DNA of 64,000 bases, taken from an uncultured Haloferula sp. GTDB lineage: Bacteria > Verrucomicrobiota > Verrucomicrobiia > Verrucomicrobiales > Akkermansiaceae. The notes under the pieces are model-generated. The model was not told the origin of the DNA, did not search any database, and saw only the letters and a program-made list of their open reading frames with translations. Within the stretch, counting starts at the first letter, position 1. Every line of letters starts with the position of its first letter. Positions 27,587-37,621 of this stretch are shown in pieces. Made by a program: the position numbers and the translations under genes. The stretch lies in assembly GCA_965652295.1 (NCBI GenBank), contig CBFGTS010000011.1:64001-128000 (forward strand), read 5' to 3'.

Positions 27587-28630
27587 CTACTTGGCGAGCG
27601 TGCGGACGAGGGCGGCGGCGCACTGGTGGAAAGCGGCGGAAGCCGGGCTTTCGGACGGGTCCGTGAGGGCGATCGGCCGGCCGGTGTCGCCGCCTTCGCG
27701 CACGGGCGGTTCGATCGGGATCTGCGCCAGCAGCGGCGTGCCGAGGGTGGCGGCTTCCTTCGCACCGCCGCCTTCACCGAAGAGGTGGTAGCGGGTGCCG
27801 TGTTCGCATTCGAACCAGGCCATGTTTTCGATCAGACCGAGGATCGGGACGTTCACCTTGCCGAACATCGCAACGGCTTTCCGGGCGTCGATGAGGGCGA
27901 TTTCCTGAGGGGTGGTGACGATCACCGTGCCATCGACGGCGACGGTCTGGACGATGGTGAGCTGGATGTCGCCGGTGCCGGGTGGCAGGTCGAGGACAAG
28001 GTAGTCGAGATTGTCCCAAGCGACCTGACGCAGGAACTGCTGGGTGTAGCGGGTGGCCATGGGGCCGCGGACGATGACCGGCGAGCGCTCTTCGAGCAGG
28101 AAACCCATGGACATGAGCTGGATGCCGTGGGCTTCGACCGGGATGATCTCGTCCTGTTCGTTCGCCATCGGCCGCTCGTGGCTGCCGAACATCATGGAAA
28201 TGGAGGGGCCGTAGAGGTCGCAATCGCAGAGGCCGACGCGGGCACCGGTTTTCGCCAGGGCGATGGCGAGGTTCGAGGCGACGGTGGACTTTCCCACGCC
28301 GCCTTTGCCGGAGGCGACGGCGATGATTTTCTTCACGCCGGGAATCGAGGACTTGCCCGTGGTGGCCTGGTCGCCACCGGCGGCGGGGGCATCCTTGATG
28401 TTGATCTCGATCTTCGGCGTGCCGATGTCGGGGATGCCGGCGAGGGCTTCGTGGCTGGCCTTGAAGATCTGCTGCGGGACCTCGGGATCGCGGGTTTGGA
28501 TTTCCATCCGGACGTGGAGCGTGCCGTCTTCCACCACCACCTCCTTGACCAGTCCGAAGGAAACGATGTCCCGGGAGAATCCGGGATACTTGACGGTGCC
28601 GAGCGCTTTCTTGACGAGATCGATGTTCAT
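27587..28630 (-). CDS. mrp: Mrp/ApbC/NBP35 Fe-S cluster carrier ATPase
   Basis: SGKGGVGKST, DLYGPS, DLPPGTGDIQL, VTTPQ, IENM. Confidence 0.93.
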   Translation of the reverse strand: MNIDLVKKALGTVKYPGFSRDIVSFGLVKEVVVEDGTLHVRMEIQTRDPEVPQQIFKASHEALAGIPDIGTPKIEINIKDAPAAGGDQATTGKSSIPGVKKIIAVASGKGGVGKSTVASNLAIALAKTGARVGLCDCDLYGPSISMMFGSHERPMANEQDEIIPVEAHGIQLMSMGFLLEERSPVIVRGPMATRYTQQFLRQVAWDNLDYLVLDLPPGTGDIQLTIVQTVAVDGTVIVTTPQEIALIDARKAVAMFGKVNVPILGLIENMAWFECEHGTRYHLFGEGGGAKEAATLGTPLLAQIPIEPPVREGGDTGRPIALTDPSESPASAAFHQCAAALVRTLAK

Positions 28631-28705
28631 GCTGCCGGGCCCACAAGAGCGGCGGGTGAAGCGATGATCAAACCCTGATCCCGGAAGCCGCCGATTTTCA
28701 CGACA

Positions 28706-30103
28706 TCAGAAGGTCCGCCGCAGGTGGGAGGGCAGGATGCCGAGCTGGTCCCGGTATTTTGCAACGGTGCGTCGCGCGACCGGAATCCCCTGGGTCTTGA
28801 GTGCTTTGGCGATGGCTTCATCGGACAGGGGTTTGGACGGCGGTTCCTTGGAAATCAGTGCGTGGATGGCTTCGCGGACGCCGGCGTTGGAGACCTCCTT
28901 GCCGTCTTCCGTTTGATAGCCGGCGGCGAAGAAGGCGCGCATTTCCATCAGCCCGTGTGGCGTGAGGACGTACTTGCCGGCCACGGCGCGGGAAACGGTG
29001 GTCGCGTGCAAGCCGAGTTCGTCGGCGATCAGGTTCATCGTCAGGGGCCGCAGGTGGCGGGGGCCTTTTTCGAGGAAGTCGGGCTGATGCTCGATGAGTT
29101 TGTCGGCGATGCTGAGGATCGTTTCCTGGCGCAGGGAAAGCGAACGGATGAGCGTGCGGCCCTCGCGCAGGTTGTCGCGGAGGAACTGGCGACCCTTGGT
29201 GTCATTCGTCGTCTTGCCCAGCAGGTCCTTGTAGAAATCGCTGATGCGCAGGCGGGGGAGATACTCGTGGGTCAAGCGGGCGATCCATTGGCCGTCCTCT
29301 TTTTCGAGGATCACGTCGGCCCGGATCATCGGGTTGCCCGTGGGATCGTACTCGCCGCCGGGATTCGGGGTGAGTCGGCCGATGGCCTCGGCGGCCTCGG
29401 AAATGCGCTCGATGCTGGTGCCGAGGGCGCGGGCGATCTGGGGGTAGCGTTTGCGGGCGAGGTCCTCGAGGTGGTCGGAAACGATCCGGTGCTCGATCGA
29501 TGATCCCTGGCCGCGGCGCTCGAGCTGGAGCAGGAGCGAGTCCTTGAGGTCGATCGCGCCGATCCCCGGAGGGTCGAAGCCGCGGATCACGGCGGTGGCG
29601 GATTCGATGTCATCGGCCGAAATGCCCAGGCGGACGCCAAGTTCGGAGGGCGGCAGGTCGAAGAAGCCCCGGGGGTCCATGTTTCCCAGCAGGGCTTCGG
29701 CCGCGATCCGCACGCCGGGTTCGAGCAGCGACACCTGGAGCTGGGCGGCGAGGTGCTGTTGCAGCGTCTCAGGGGCGACGATGGAATTGTAGAGATGGTC
29801 GCGCCGTTCCTCGTCGTCCTGCGAATAGGTCTGGTTCCGGCGCTCCATGATCATCAGGTCGCGCAGGTCGTCGTCCGTGTCGTTCAGGTAGTCGAGCGAG
29901 TCCGCTTCCTCTGGGTCCGGGGCGTCTTCGTCGAGCGACGCCATTTCCGTGACATCTTCCAGCACCGGGTTGGTTTCCAGCGCCTGACGCACCATCTGGG
30001 TCAACTCCATCGAGTTGGCCTGGAGGATCTCCAGGCTGCGTCGCATCTGGGGAGCGAGCGACTGCTGCTGGGAGAAGGACTGCTGGAGCGAGGATTCCGC
30101 CAT
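28706..30103 (-). CDS. rpoN: RNA polymerase sigma-54 factor
   Basis: Q-rich region I, LHATTVSRA HTH, RpoN box ARRTVAKYR. Confidence 0.96.
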   Translation of the reverse strand: MAESSLQQSFSQQQSLAPQMRRSLEILQANSMELTQMVRQALETNPVLEDVTEMASLDEDAPDPEEADSLDYLNDTDDDLRDLMIMERRNQTYSQDDEERRDHLYNSIVAPETLQQHLAAQLQVSLLEPGVRIAAEALLGNMDPRGFFDLPPSELGVRLGISADDIESATAVIRGFDPPGIGAIDLKDSLLLQLERRGQGSSIEHRIVSDHLEDLARKRYPQIARALGTSIERISEAAEAIGRLTPNPGGEYDPTGNPMIRADVILEKEDGQWIARLTHEYLPRLRISDFYKDLLGKTTNDTKGRQFLRDNLREGRTLIRSLSLRQETILSIADKLIEHQPDFLEKGPRHLRPLTMNLIADELGLHATTVSRAVAGKYVLTPHGLMEMRAFFAAGYQTEDGKEVSNAGVREAIHALISKEPPSKPLSDEAIAKALKTQGIPVARRTVAKYRDQLGILPSHLRRTF

Positions 30104-30163
30104 AAGACTTGCGGCCTGACAGGGCCGACGGAGTCAACTCTAGGAATGCAGCATCAATGTCCA

Positions 30164-30179
30164 AGCATAAAACGTGCCA
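30164..30179 (-). promoter_or_regulatory. Sigma54 -24/-12 site upstream of rpoN
   Basis: TGGCACG-TTTT-ATGCT, one mismatch to TGGCACG-N4-TTGCW, oriented toward rpoN. Confidence 0.7.
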
Positions 30180-30265
30180 ACGATAAAAATAATTTCCGCA
30201 AGGGATTTTTTATGTCGAGGAATCCGGTGTTGTCGTAGCGGTGGCCCAGGCAGTTTTCAGACGTC

Positions 30266-31642
30266 ATGACTAGCGAGGAATTTGATGCATTCGAGCGAAA
30301 AATGGAGCAGGCCGGAGTGATGGACGCCGCGATCGGCGCCTTCCGGCACAACTACGAGGCGCTGCGGCGCAATGAGAGCGGGCTGATTCCGGAGGAGGGG
30401 ATCGAGCCGGCGGAGGAGCTGGCGACGGTGGAGCTGGGCTCGGCGGAATTTGACCCGGAGCTGCTGGCGCAGACGGTGGTGATCAAATTGAACGGGGGCC
30501 TTGGAACCAGCATGGGGCTGGAAAAGGTGAAAAGCCTGCTGGAGGTGCGGCCCGGGGTGACATTTCTCGATCTCATCGTCCGTCAGATCCGCAGTCTGCG
30601 CGGGCGCACCGGTGCCGAGGTGAGGCTGCTTCTGATGAACAGCTTCGCGACCAGCGACGACACTCTGGGTCATCTGGCGCAACACGCACCGGCGGAACTG
30701 GCCGATCCTTCAGAGGTCGAGCTGATGCAGAACCAGGTGCCGAAGATCGATGCGGCTTCGCTGGCTCCCGCGGAGTGTCCGCAGCAGCCGGACTTGGAAT
30801 GGTGCCCCCCGGGTCATGGGGATCTTTACCCCGCGCTTTCCGGCTCGGGCTGGCTCGATCGGTTGCTGGATGCAGGAGTGAAATACGCTTTCGTTTCCAA
30901 CTCGGACAACCTCGGGGCGGTGCTTGATCCCGCACTCTTGAAGTGGTTTGCGGAATCCGATGCGCCCTTCATGATGGAGGTGACGCGGCGGACCTCGGCG
31001 GACCGGAAGGGCGGCCACTTGGCGCGTCGGAAAGCGGACGGGCGGCTGCTGCTGCGCGAGGTGGCGCAATGTCCGGATGAGGATCTTGATGTCTTCCAGG
31101 ACATCCATCGCCATCGTTATTTCAACACGAATTCGATCTGGCTGCGGCTGGATCGACTGAAGGAGCGTCTGGAGCAGGGGGGCGGGGTGCTTCCGCTGCC
31201 GATGATCCGCAACCGCAAGACGATCGACCCGCGCGACAAGGCCTCGACGCCGGTGATCCAGCTCGAGACGGCGATGGGTGCGGCGATCGAATGCTTCGAG
31301 GGGGCCACGGCGGTGGAGGTCCCGAGGAGCCGTTTCGCTCCGGTGAAGACGACTTCCGACCTGCTCGCGTTGTGTTCGGATGCTTACAAGGTGGGCGAGG
31401 ATGGTTCGGTTTCCCTCGATCCGCGACGGCAAGGCAAGCCGCCGGTGGTGAAGCTCGACGACGCGCATAAGTTCGTCGATTCGCTTGAGTCGCTCGGGGT
31501 TCCTTCGCTGCTGGAATGCGAGTCGTTGGCCGTCGAAGGCGACGTTCGCTTCGAGCCGGGCGTGGTGATCCGCGGGAGCGCGGAATTCCGCGCATCGGAC
31601 GGCGAACTCATGGTTCCGGCTGGGATTTATCCGACATCGTGA
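30266..31642 (+). CDS. UTP--glucose-1-phosphate uridylyltransferase, UDPGP (eukaryote-like) family
   Basis: KLNGGLGTSMG, LMNSF, WCPPGHGDLY, FVSNSDNLGA, FNTNSIW, QLETAMG, RFAPVKTTSDL. Confidence 0.92.
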   Translation: MTSEEFDAFERKMEQAGVMDAAIGAFRHNYEALRRNESGLIPEEGIEPAEELATVELGSAEFDPELLAQTVVIKLNGGLGTSMGLEKVKSLLEVRPGVTFLDLIVRQIRSLRGRTGAEVRLLLMNSFATSDDTLGHLAQHAPAELADPSEVELMQNQVPKIDAASLAPAECPQQPDLEWCPPGHGDLYPALSGSGWLDRLLDAGVKYAFVSNSDNLGAVLDPALLKWFAESDAPFMMEVTRRTSADRKGGHLARRKADGRLLLREVAQCPDEDLDVFQDIHRHRYFNTNSIWLRLDRLKERLEQGGGVLPLPMIRNRKTIDPRDKASTPVIQLETAMGAAIECFEGATAVEVPRSRFAPVKTTSDLLALCSDAYKVGEDGSVSLDPRRQGKPPVVKLDDAHKFVDSLESLGVPSLLECESLAVEGDVRFEPGVVIRGSAEFRASDGELMVPAGIYPTS

Positions 31643-31711
31643 CGGGGGTGTGACATCGTTTCATGGATGTTGACTTGTCATCCACGGCCGGGCTGCTAAC
31701 CCGTCCGCGCG

Positions 31712-32329
31712 ATGGCAAATGTGGGATCTATTGATTGGCAGGTGGACGGAATCGAGGGAATCGTTTTCGACTGTGACGGAACTTTGGTGAACTCGATGCC
31801 GGCTCACTTTGCCGCATGGTGCGAAGCATTGGCGTTCTACGGGGCGGCCAACGTTTTCCAGGAGGACGTTTTCTATGCCATGGGCGGCCGTCCGACGAAG
31901 GACATCGTCGTCCAGCTCAATGGTGACTATGGCCTGAAGCTCAACCCGGAAGCCGTTGCGATGAAGAAGCGTGAGGCGTTTCTCGCCCGGCTGGGAGAGG
32001 TGGAGCCGATCGCGGAGGTGGTGGAGTTCGCCCGTGCGTGCCGCGGGAAAATCCCGATGGCGATCGCCACCGGCGGCACCCGTCTGGTGATCGAGAAGAC
32101 GCTGCAGGCTCTGGAGATTTCCGACCTTTTCGACGAAGTCGTGACGGCCGATGACGTGCTGGTGGGAAAACCGGCTCCGGATGTTTTCCTCAAGGCGGCC
32201 GAGATGCTGGGTGTGGACCCGGCGAAGTGCCTCGCGGTCGAGGATGCGCCGGCGGGCATCATGGCGGCCCAACAGGCGGGGATGCGGGTGCAGGCGATCC
32301 CCGCTCCGCTGGATCTGACTTTGTCGTGA
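31712..32329 (+). CDS. HAD family phosphatase (YqaB/beta-PGM-like)
   Basis: VFDCDGTL, GKPAPDVF, VEDAPAG. Confidence 0.88.
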   Translation: MANVGSIDWQVDGIEGIVFDCDGTLVNSMPAHFAAWCEALAFYGAANVFQEDVFYAMGGRPTKDIVVQLNGDYGLKLNPEAVAMKKREAFLARLGEVEPIAEVVEFARACRGKIPMAIATGGTRLVIEKTLQALEISDLFDEVVTADDVLVGKPAPDVFLKAAEMLGVDPAKCLAVEDAPAGIMAAQQAGMRVQAIPAPLDLTLS

Positions 32330-32394
32330 TCGGTTTTTCCTGGAAGGAGCGCATTCGGGCTTGATTCACCCCGGTGCGCTCCATTGACTCCGCC

Positions 32395-33849
32395 ATGGCG
32401 GACATCACCCTTGGTCTTTCTTTCGACGACGTCCTTTTGACCCCCCGGTTGAGCTCCGTGCTCCCGGCCAATACCGATCTTTCGACCTCGCTTTGCGATG
32501 AGATCAACCTGCGGATTCCGGTGGTTTCCGCAGCCATGGACACGGTTTCCGAGGCGGAACTGGCCATCGCCCTGGCGCGCGAAGGCGGCATGGGCGTGAT
32601 CCACCGGGCTTGCCCGATCGATTATCAGGCCTCGATGGTCTCACGGGTGAAGCGCTCGGAGAACGCGGTCATCCTCAAGCCGATGACCGTGCGCAAGGAG
32701 CAAACGGTCGATGAGGTCCGCGACATCATGGCCGAGCACGGATTCTCCGGGTTTCCGGTGGTCGATGCGGACATGCACCTCGTGGGCATGGTGACGGGGC
32801 GGGACATCCGCTACCTCGACGATGGCTCCGCGACGGTCGCCGAGGTGATGACCCCCAAGGAGAAGCTGGTGACCGCGCCTCCCGCGACCGAGCTCGGCGA
32901 AGCGCGCCGCATTCTCTACCAGAACCGCATCGAGAAGCTTCCCCTGATTGACGAAAACGGCCGCCTCGCCGGCCTGATCACCGGGGCGGATATCGAGAAA
33001 CGCGCCGCTTACACCGATGCCGCCAAGGACCCGAACGGACGACTCCGCTGTGGAGCGGCGGTGGGCGTGGGGCCGGATTTCCTGGATCGCGCCAAGGCGG
33101 TGCTCGAGGCAGGGGCGGATGCCTTGTTCATCGATGCCGCCACGGGTCACACGACCCGCGTGATGGAGGTGATCGGCAAGCTGCGCGAGCTTTCCAACCG
33201 TCCGGTGGTTGCCGGAAACGTCGTCACCGCGGAGGGCGCGAAAGACCTGGCCGATGCCGGCGCGAGCGCGGTGAAGGTCGGTGTGGGTCCGGGATCGATC
33301 TGCACCACCCGGGTCATCGCCGGGGTGGGCATGCCGCAGTTCACGGCCATCCAGAATGTCGCCAGCTACTGTCGCGAGCGCGGCGTGCGGGTCATCGCCG
33401 ATGGCGGCATCCGCTACTCGGGGGACGTCGTGAAAGCGATCGCCGCCGGCGCGGACCTGGTGATGCTCGGCTCGCTGCTGGCCGGCACGCGGGAGAGCCC
33501 CGGCCAGACGGTTTACTCGCAGGGCCGGCGTTTCAAAACCTATCGCGGGATGGGCTCGATCGGAGCCATGCAGAAGGGGGCGGGCGACCGCTACAACCAG
33601 AACTCGTCCGGCAAACTCGTCGCGGAAGGCGTCGAGGGCCGCGTGCCCTACAAGGGGCCGCTGGCCGACGTCGTATTCCAGCTCATGGGCGGCCTGCGCT
33701 CCGGCCTGGGTTACGTCGGTGCCAACAACCTTGCCGAATTGCGCGAGCGCGCCACGTTCACGCGCATCACGCCCGGCGGTCTGCGTGAAAGCCATGTCCA
33801 CGACATCGTGATCACCGAGGAGCCCACCAACTACCAGCCGATCGCCTGA
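32395..33849 (+). CDS. guaB: IMP dehydrogenase
   Basis: SAAMDTV, CBS pair, [21 protein letters not shown]. Confidence 0.96.
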   Translation: MADITLGLSFDDVLLTPRLSSVLPANTDLSTSLCDEINLRIPVVSAAMDTVSEAELAIALAREGGMGVIHRACPIDYQASMVSRVKRSENAVILKPMTVRKEQTVDEVRDIMAEHGFSGFPVVDADMHLVGMVTGRDIRYLDDGSATVAEVMTPKEKLVTAPPATELGEARRILYQNRIEKLPLIDENGRLAGLITGADIEKRAAYTDAAKDPNGRLRCGAAVGVGPDFLDRAKAVLEAGADALFIDAATGHTTRVMEVIGKLRELSNRPVVAGNVVTAEGAKDLADAGASAVKVGVGPGSICTTRVIAGVGMPQFTAIQNVASYCRERGVRVIADGGIRYSGDVVKAIAAGADLVMLGSLLAGTRESPGQTVYSQGRRFKTYRGMGSIGAMQKGAGDRYNQNSSGKLVAEGVEGRVPYKGPLADVVFQLMGGLRSGLGYVGANNLAELRERATFTRITPGGLRESHVHDIVITEEPTNYQPIA

Positions 33850-33883
33850 GCCGCGGTCCCCAGCGCACACCCTTTTTCAGACC

Positions 33884-35407
33884 ATGGAGGAAAACCAACA
33901 CGTCGCCGTCATCGATTTCGGCTCGCAGTACACGCAACTCATCGTCCGCCGCGTCCGCGAGCTCGGCTACTACGCCAAGCTCTATGCGCTGGAGGAGTTT
34001 CCGGAAATCGGCGAACCGGGGGCGATCATCCTTTCCGGAGGTCCCCGCAGCACCAGTGATTCGGACGCGCCGGACCTCGATTTCGAGACCCTCAAAGCCA
34101 TCGGTGTCCCGGTGCTCGGCGTTTGCTACGGGATGCAGCTGCTCAATATCAAGTTCGGCGGCTCTGTGGAACCGAGCGACCGCCGCGAGTATGGCCCCGC
34201 CAAGCTGATGCCCGCTGAGGCGAAAGGACTCTTCGAGGGGATTCCGCATGAGTCGCAGGTGTGGATGAGCCACTCGGACACCGTCGGCCGCATCCCGGAC
34301 AACTGCCAGGTCATCGCGCGCAACCAGCACGGCACGCCGGTTGCGCTTCAGTGGGGCGAAAAGTGGTTCGGCATCCAGTTCCACCCGGAGGTGACCCACA
34401 GCCACGAGGGCACGCGGATCCTGCACAATTTCCTGCTGCATGCCGGCAAGTTGGAGCCCTTCCGCATCGAGGATTTCAAAAAGGAACTGCTCGACGAGAT
34501 CCGCAGCACGGTGGGCAACCGTCAGGTGGTCTGCGGCGTGTCGGGCGGCGTCGATAGTACGGTGCTCGCCGTGCTTCTCCACGAGGCGGGGGTGAAGATG
34601 CGCGCCATCTTCGTCGATCACGGACTGATGCGGAAGGACGAGGGCGAGGAGGTCCGGAGCAATTTCCACCGCATGGGCGTGCCGATCCAAACGGTGGACG
34701 CCGCCGACCGCTTCCTTTCCTCCCTCGCCGGTGTCGGCGAGCCGGAGAAGAAGCGCGAGATCATCGGTAATCTCTTCATCCAGGAATTCTGGGACGCCGT
34801 GGGTGACGCGGAACTGCTGGCGCAGGGGACGCTCTACCCCGACGTCATTGAAAGCGCGTCGAACTCGAAGTCGAAGGCATCGAAGATCAAGACCCACCAC
34901 AACCGCGTGGACAAGATCCTAGAGCTTCAGGCGCAGGGGAAGGTGCTCGAGCCGCTGGCGGAGCTGTTCAAGGACGAGGTTCGGGCGCTCGGCGCTTCGC
35001 TGGGAATCCCGCACGACATCCTGCACCGGCATCCTTTCCCGGGGCCGGGTCTGGCCGTGCGCTGCCCGGGAGAGATCACGCTGGAGCGCCTGGAGATCAT
35101 CCGTGAGTGCGACGCCATTTTCATCGGACACCTCAAGGAGTCAGGCTGGTACGACCGCGTGTGGCAGGCCTACGCCTGCCTCGTGCCCGTGCGCACCGTG
35201 GGCGTGAAAGGCGACGAGCGAAGCTATGAGTGGGCGATTTCCCTGCGGGCGGTGGTCAGCGAGGACGCCATGACCGCCGACTGGGTCGAGCTGCCCTATC
35301 ATCTGCTGCGCGACACCAGCAACGACATCCTCAACGGCGTCGCCGGCATCAACCGCGTGCTCTACGACATCTCGACCAAACCGCCCGCGAGCATCGAGTG
35401 GGAGTGA
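33884..35407 (+). CDS. guaA: GMP synthase (glutamine-hydrolysing)
   Basis: DFGSQYTQLI, GVCYGMQ, QFHPEV, SGGVDS, KPPASIEWE. Confidence 0.96.
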   Translation: MEENQHVAVIDFGSQYTQLIVRRVRELGYYAKLYALEEFPEIGEPGAIILSGGPRSTSDSDAPDLDFETLKAIGVPVLGVCYGMQLLNIKFGGSVEPSDRREYGPAKLMPAEAKGLFEGIPHESQVWMSHSDTVGRIPDNCQVIARNQHGTPVALQWGEKWFGIQFHPEVTHSHEGTRILHNFLLHAGKLEPFRIEDFKKELLDEIRSTVGNRQVVCGVSGGVDSTVLAVLLHEAGVKMRAIFVDHGLMRKDEGEEVRSNFHRMGVPIQTVDAADRFLSSLAGVGEPEKKREIIGNLFIQEFWDAVGDAELLAQGTLYPDVIESASNSKSKASKIKTHHNRVDKILELQAQGKVLEPLAELFKDEVRALGASLGIPHDILHRHPFPGPGLAVRCPGEITLERLEIIRECDAIFIGHLKESGWYDRVWQAYACLVPVRTVGVKGDERSYEWAISLRAVVSEDAMTADWVELPYHLLRDTSNDILNGVAGINRVLYDISTKPPASIEWE

Positions 35408-35506
35408 GGCCAACGGCGCGCCGAAGATGAAATCGACGTGCCTGCTCTCCGTGGTCGTGGCGGAGCAGCGCTCCGTCGCAGCTGAATTCAAGTTCATCAA
35501 ATCCAG

Positions 35507-35992
35507 ATGGCAGACCGGCTGATGCTAATTTCCTGCGGCCTTCTCCTTTCTGGAAGCGTCCTCACGATCGGTCTCTCACTGCAGCTTTTGGCGGAGGCGG
35601 TCGATGACGGATGGCCACTGCGGAATCCTGCAAAGCTGACCGAATTCGCGGTTGCCATTGCTCCTTTCGGGCTGTTTCCAGTGGTCACTTCGACCCTCGT
35701 AGGGTTCGTCTATTGGGCCACGATGAAAAACCGGAGCCTATCGTTTCAGGATCTGGGCGTAAACGCCTCGCTACTCGCGATCTCGTTCACGTTTCTGGGC
35801 GTCGCTGCCGAGGTCACCAAAGATCAGCTTCATTTGGATGGGTGGCGGGACGGCACCGTCTTGGGGTGGATCGTTCATTTGACGATCGCCGCAGTTTTAG
35901 TGCTTTTCGGATTCAGAGAACTTCGGACACGGAACGTTCAAGCTACTGCCCGATCCCGACGGCAGGATCTCCCCGGGCGCGAAAGGAAATGA
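35507..35992 (+). CDS. Hypothetical membrane protein (about 4 TM)
   Basis: Fills the guaA-ilvA gap; four hydrophobic segments; lower GC than neighbours. Confidence 0.55.
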   Translation: MADRLMLISCGLLLSGSVLTIGLSLQLLAEAVDDGWPLRNPAKLTEFAVAIAPFGLFPVVTSTLVGFVYWATMKNRSLSFQDLGVNASLLAISFTFLGVAAEVTKDQLHLDGWRDGTVLGWIVHLTIAAVLVLFGFRELRTRNVQATARSRRQDLPGRERK

Positions 35993-36026
35993 AGTTCACC
36001 CCACGAGATTCTCGGCGCGGGTAGGC

Positions 36027-37592
36027 CTACGCGCTCCGCCCAAGCAATCGGGCCGAGGCTTCCGGGGCGAGCGGTTCACAGAGGCGGTAGCCTTCGCCGG
36101 TGGATGAGAGGGCTTGAAGGAAGGCTTCGCTTTCTTCTGCGGTCGGGAACTCGATCCCGATCAGGGCACGGCCGATCCGTTCGCCGGAACTACGATAGTT
36201 GAAGTAGCAGAGGTTCGCGCCAGCGGGGACGTGCGCCTGGAGGAAGTCGCGCAGCGCGCCGGGCCGTTCGTAGAAATCGAGGCGGAGGAAAACGGGGTGG
36301 GCCAGCAGGTCCTGACGCAGCGGGATGGCGCGGAAGCGGATATCCACGGCGTCGCCGAGATCCTGCCAGTCGTAGTCAAGGCGGGTGAGGCGGGCGGTGA
36401 CTTCGTCCAGCGCCGCGCGCGACTCGGTCTGGAGGGTGAAAACCGGCCAGGCCTCGGCGGCGTCCGTTTTTCCATACTGGAAATCGACGATGCTGGAGCC
36501 GGCGAAGGCTTCGTGAAGGAGACGGAGCATCGACCCGGGCACTTCGGGGATGCGGACGCTGAGGGTGACCGAGGACGCGCGTGAGGAATCCTGCGAAAGG
36601 GCGAGCTGACCGAGCTTGAGGAAGTCGATGTTGGCCCCGCAAAGGATGACGAGGGCGCGCTTTCCGGCGAGATGCCCGCGTTCCTGCAGGGCTCCGGCGA
36701 GGCCCATGGCTCCGGAGGGCTCGGCGATGCAGCGGAGATTCTCCCACAGGCAGCGGATGGCTCCGACGACCTCGTCGTTGCTGACCGTGATGAGTCGGTC
36801 GAGGCGGGTGCGGAGGATTTCGAAGGGCTGGGTGCCGATCTTCCGGACCGCGGTGCCATCGCAGAAAAGATCGACCTGATCGAGCGCCACCGGCTCGCCG
36901 GCTGCGGCGGCCGCGCCCATGCAGGCTTGGCCGGTGCCTTCCACGCCGACGATTTCCATCTCCGGCCAGTAGGTCTTCAGCCACTCGGAGACGCCCGCTG
37001 CCATCCCGCCGCCGCCGATCTGGAGGTAGGCGATGTCGAAGGGGCCGTGGCCGGAGAGCACCACTTCGTCGGCCAAGGTCCCCTGGCCGGCCATGACCTT
37101 GGGATCATCATAGGCGTGGATGTAGGTCGCGCCCGATTCGTCCGCGTCGGCCAACGCGGCGGACATCGCCTCATCGTAGCTGTCGCCGGCGAGGATGACC
37201 TCGACCCACGTGCCTCCGAGTCGCCGCACGGCCTCGACTTTCACCCGCGGGGTTGAGCCCGGCATGTAGATGCGGGCGGCGATGCTCATTTTCGCCGCCA
37301 CCAGCGCGACGCCCTGGGCGTGGTTGCCGGCGGACGCTGTGACCACGCCACGCTCGCGGCCGGCTGCATCGAGCGCCGCCATCCGGTTGGACGCGCCACG
37401 CCATTTGTAGGCCTTGATCGGCGAGAGGTCCTCGCGCTTCACCCAGATATCGAGCCCCGGCAGGCCGAGAGGCTCAAGCGGGGTGAGGGAGCCGAAGTGA
37501 TAAACGCGTTCGCGGGCGAGCAGGATCTCCTGCCGCAACCTGCGATGGGGGGAAAGGGTCTCTCCGGTTTCCACGCGCGGAGGCTGGGCCAA
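36027..37592 (-). CDS. ilvA: Threonine dehydratase (biosynthetic, with regulatory ACT-like domains)
   Basis: KREDLSPIKAYKWRGA, SAGNHAQG, GQGT, IGGGGM, EPSGA, ERPGAL. Start uncertain (TTG 37592 or GTG 37574). Confidence 0.88.
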   Translation of the reverse strand: MAQPPRVETGETLSPHRRLRQEILLARERVYHFGSLTPLEPLGLPGLDIWVKREDLSPIKAYKWRGASNRMAALDAAGRERGVVTASAGNHAQGVALVAAKMSIAARIYMPGSTPRVKVEAVRRLGGTWVEVILAGDSYDEAMSAALADADESGATYIHAYDDPKVMAGQGTLADEVVLSGHGPFDIAYLQIGGGGMAAGVSEWLKTYWPEMEIVGVEGTGQACMGAAAAAGEPVALDQVDLFCDGTAVRKIGTQPFEILRTRLDRLITVSNDEVVGAIRCLWENLRCIAEPSGAMGLAGALQERGHLAGKRALVILCGANIDFLKLGQLALSQDSSRASSVTLSVRIPEVPGSMLRLLHEAFAGSSIVDFQYGKTDAAEAWPVFTLQTESRAALDEVTARLTRLDYDWQDLGDAVDIRFRAIPLRQDLLAHPVFLRLDFYERPGALRDFLQAHVPAGANLCYFNYRSSGERIGRALIGIEFPTAEESEAFLQALSSTGEGYRLCEPLAPEASARLLGRSA

Positions 37593-37621
37593 TGCGCCGG
37601 TCCGGCAAAGCCCGAACTGTC

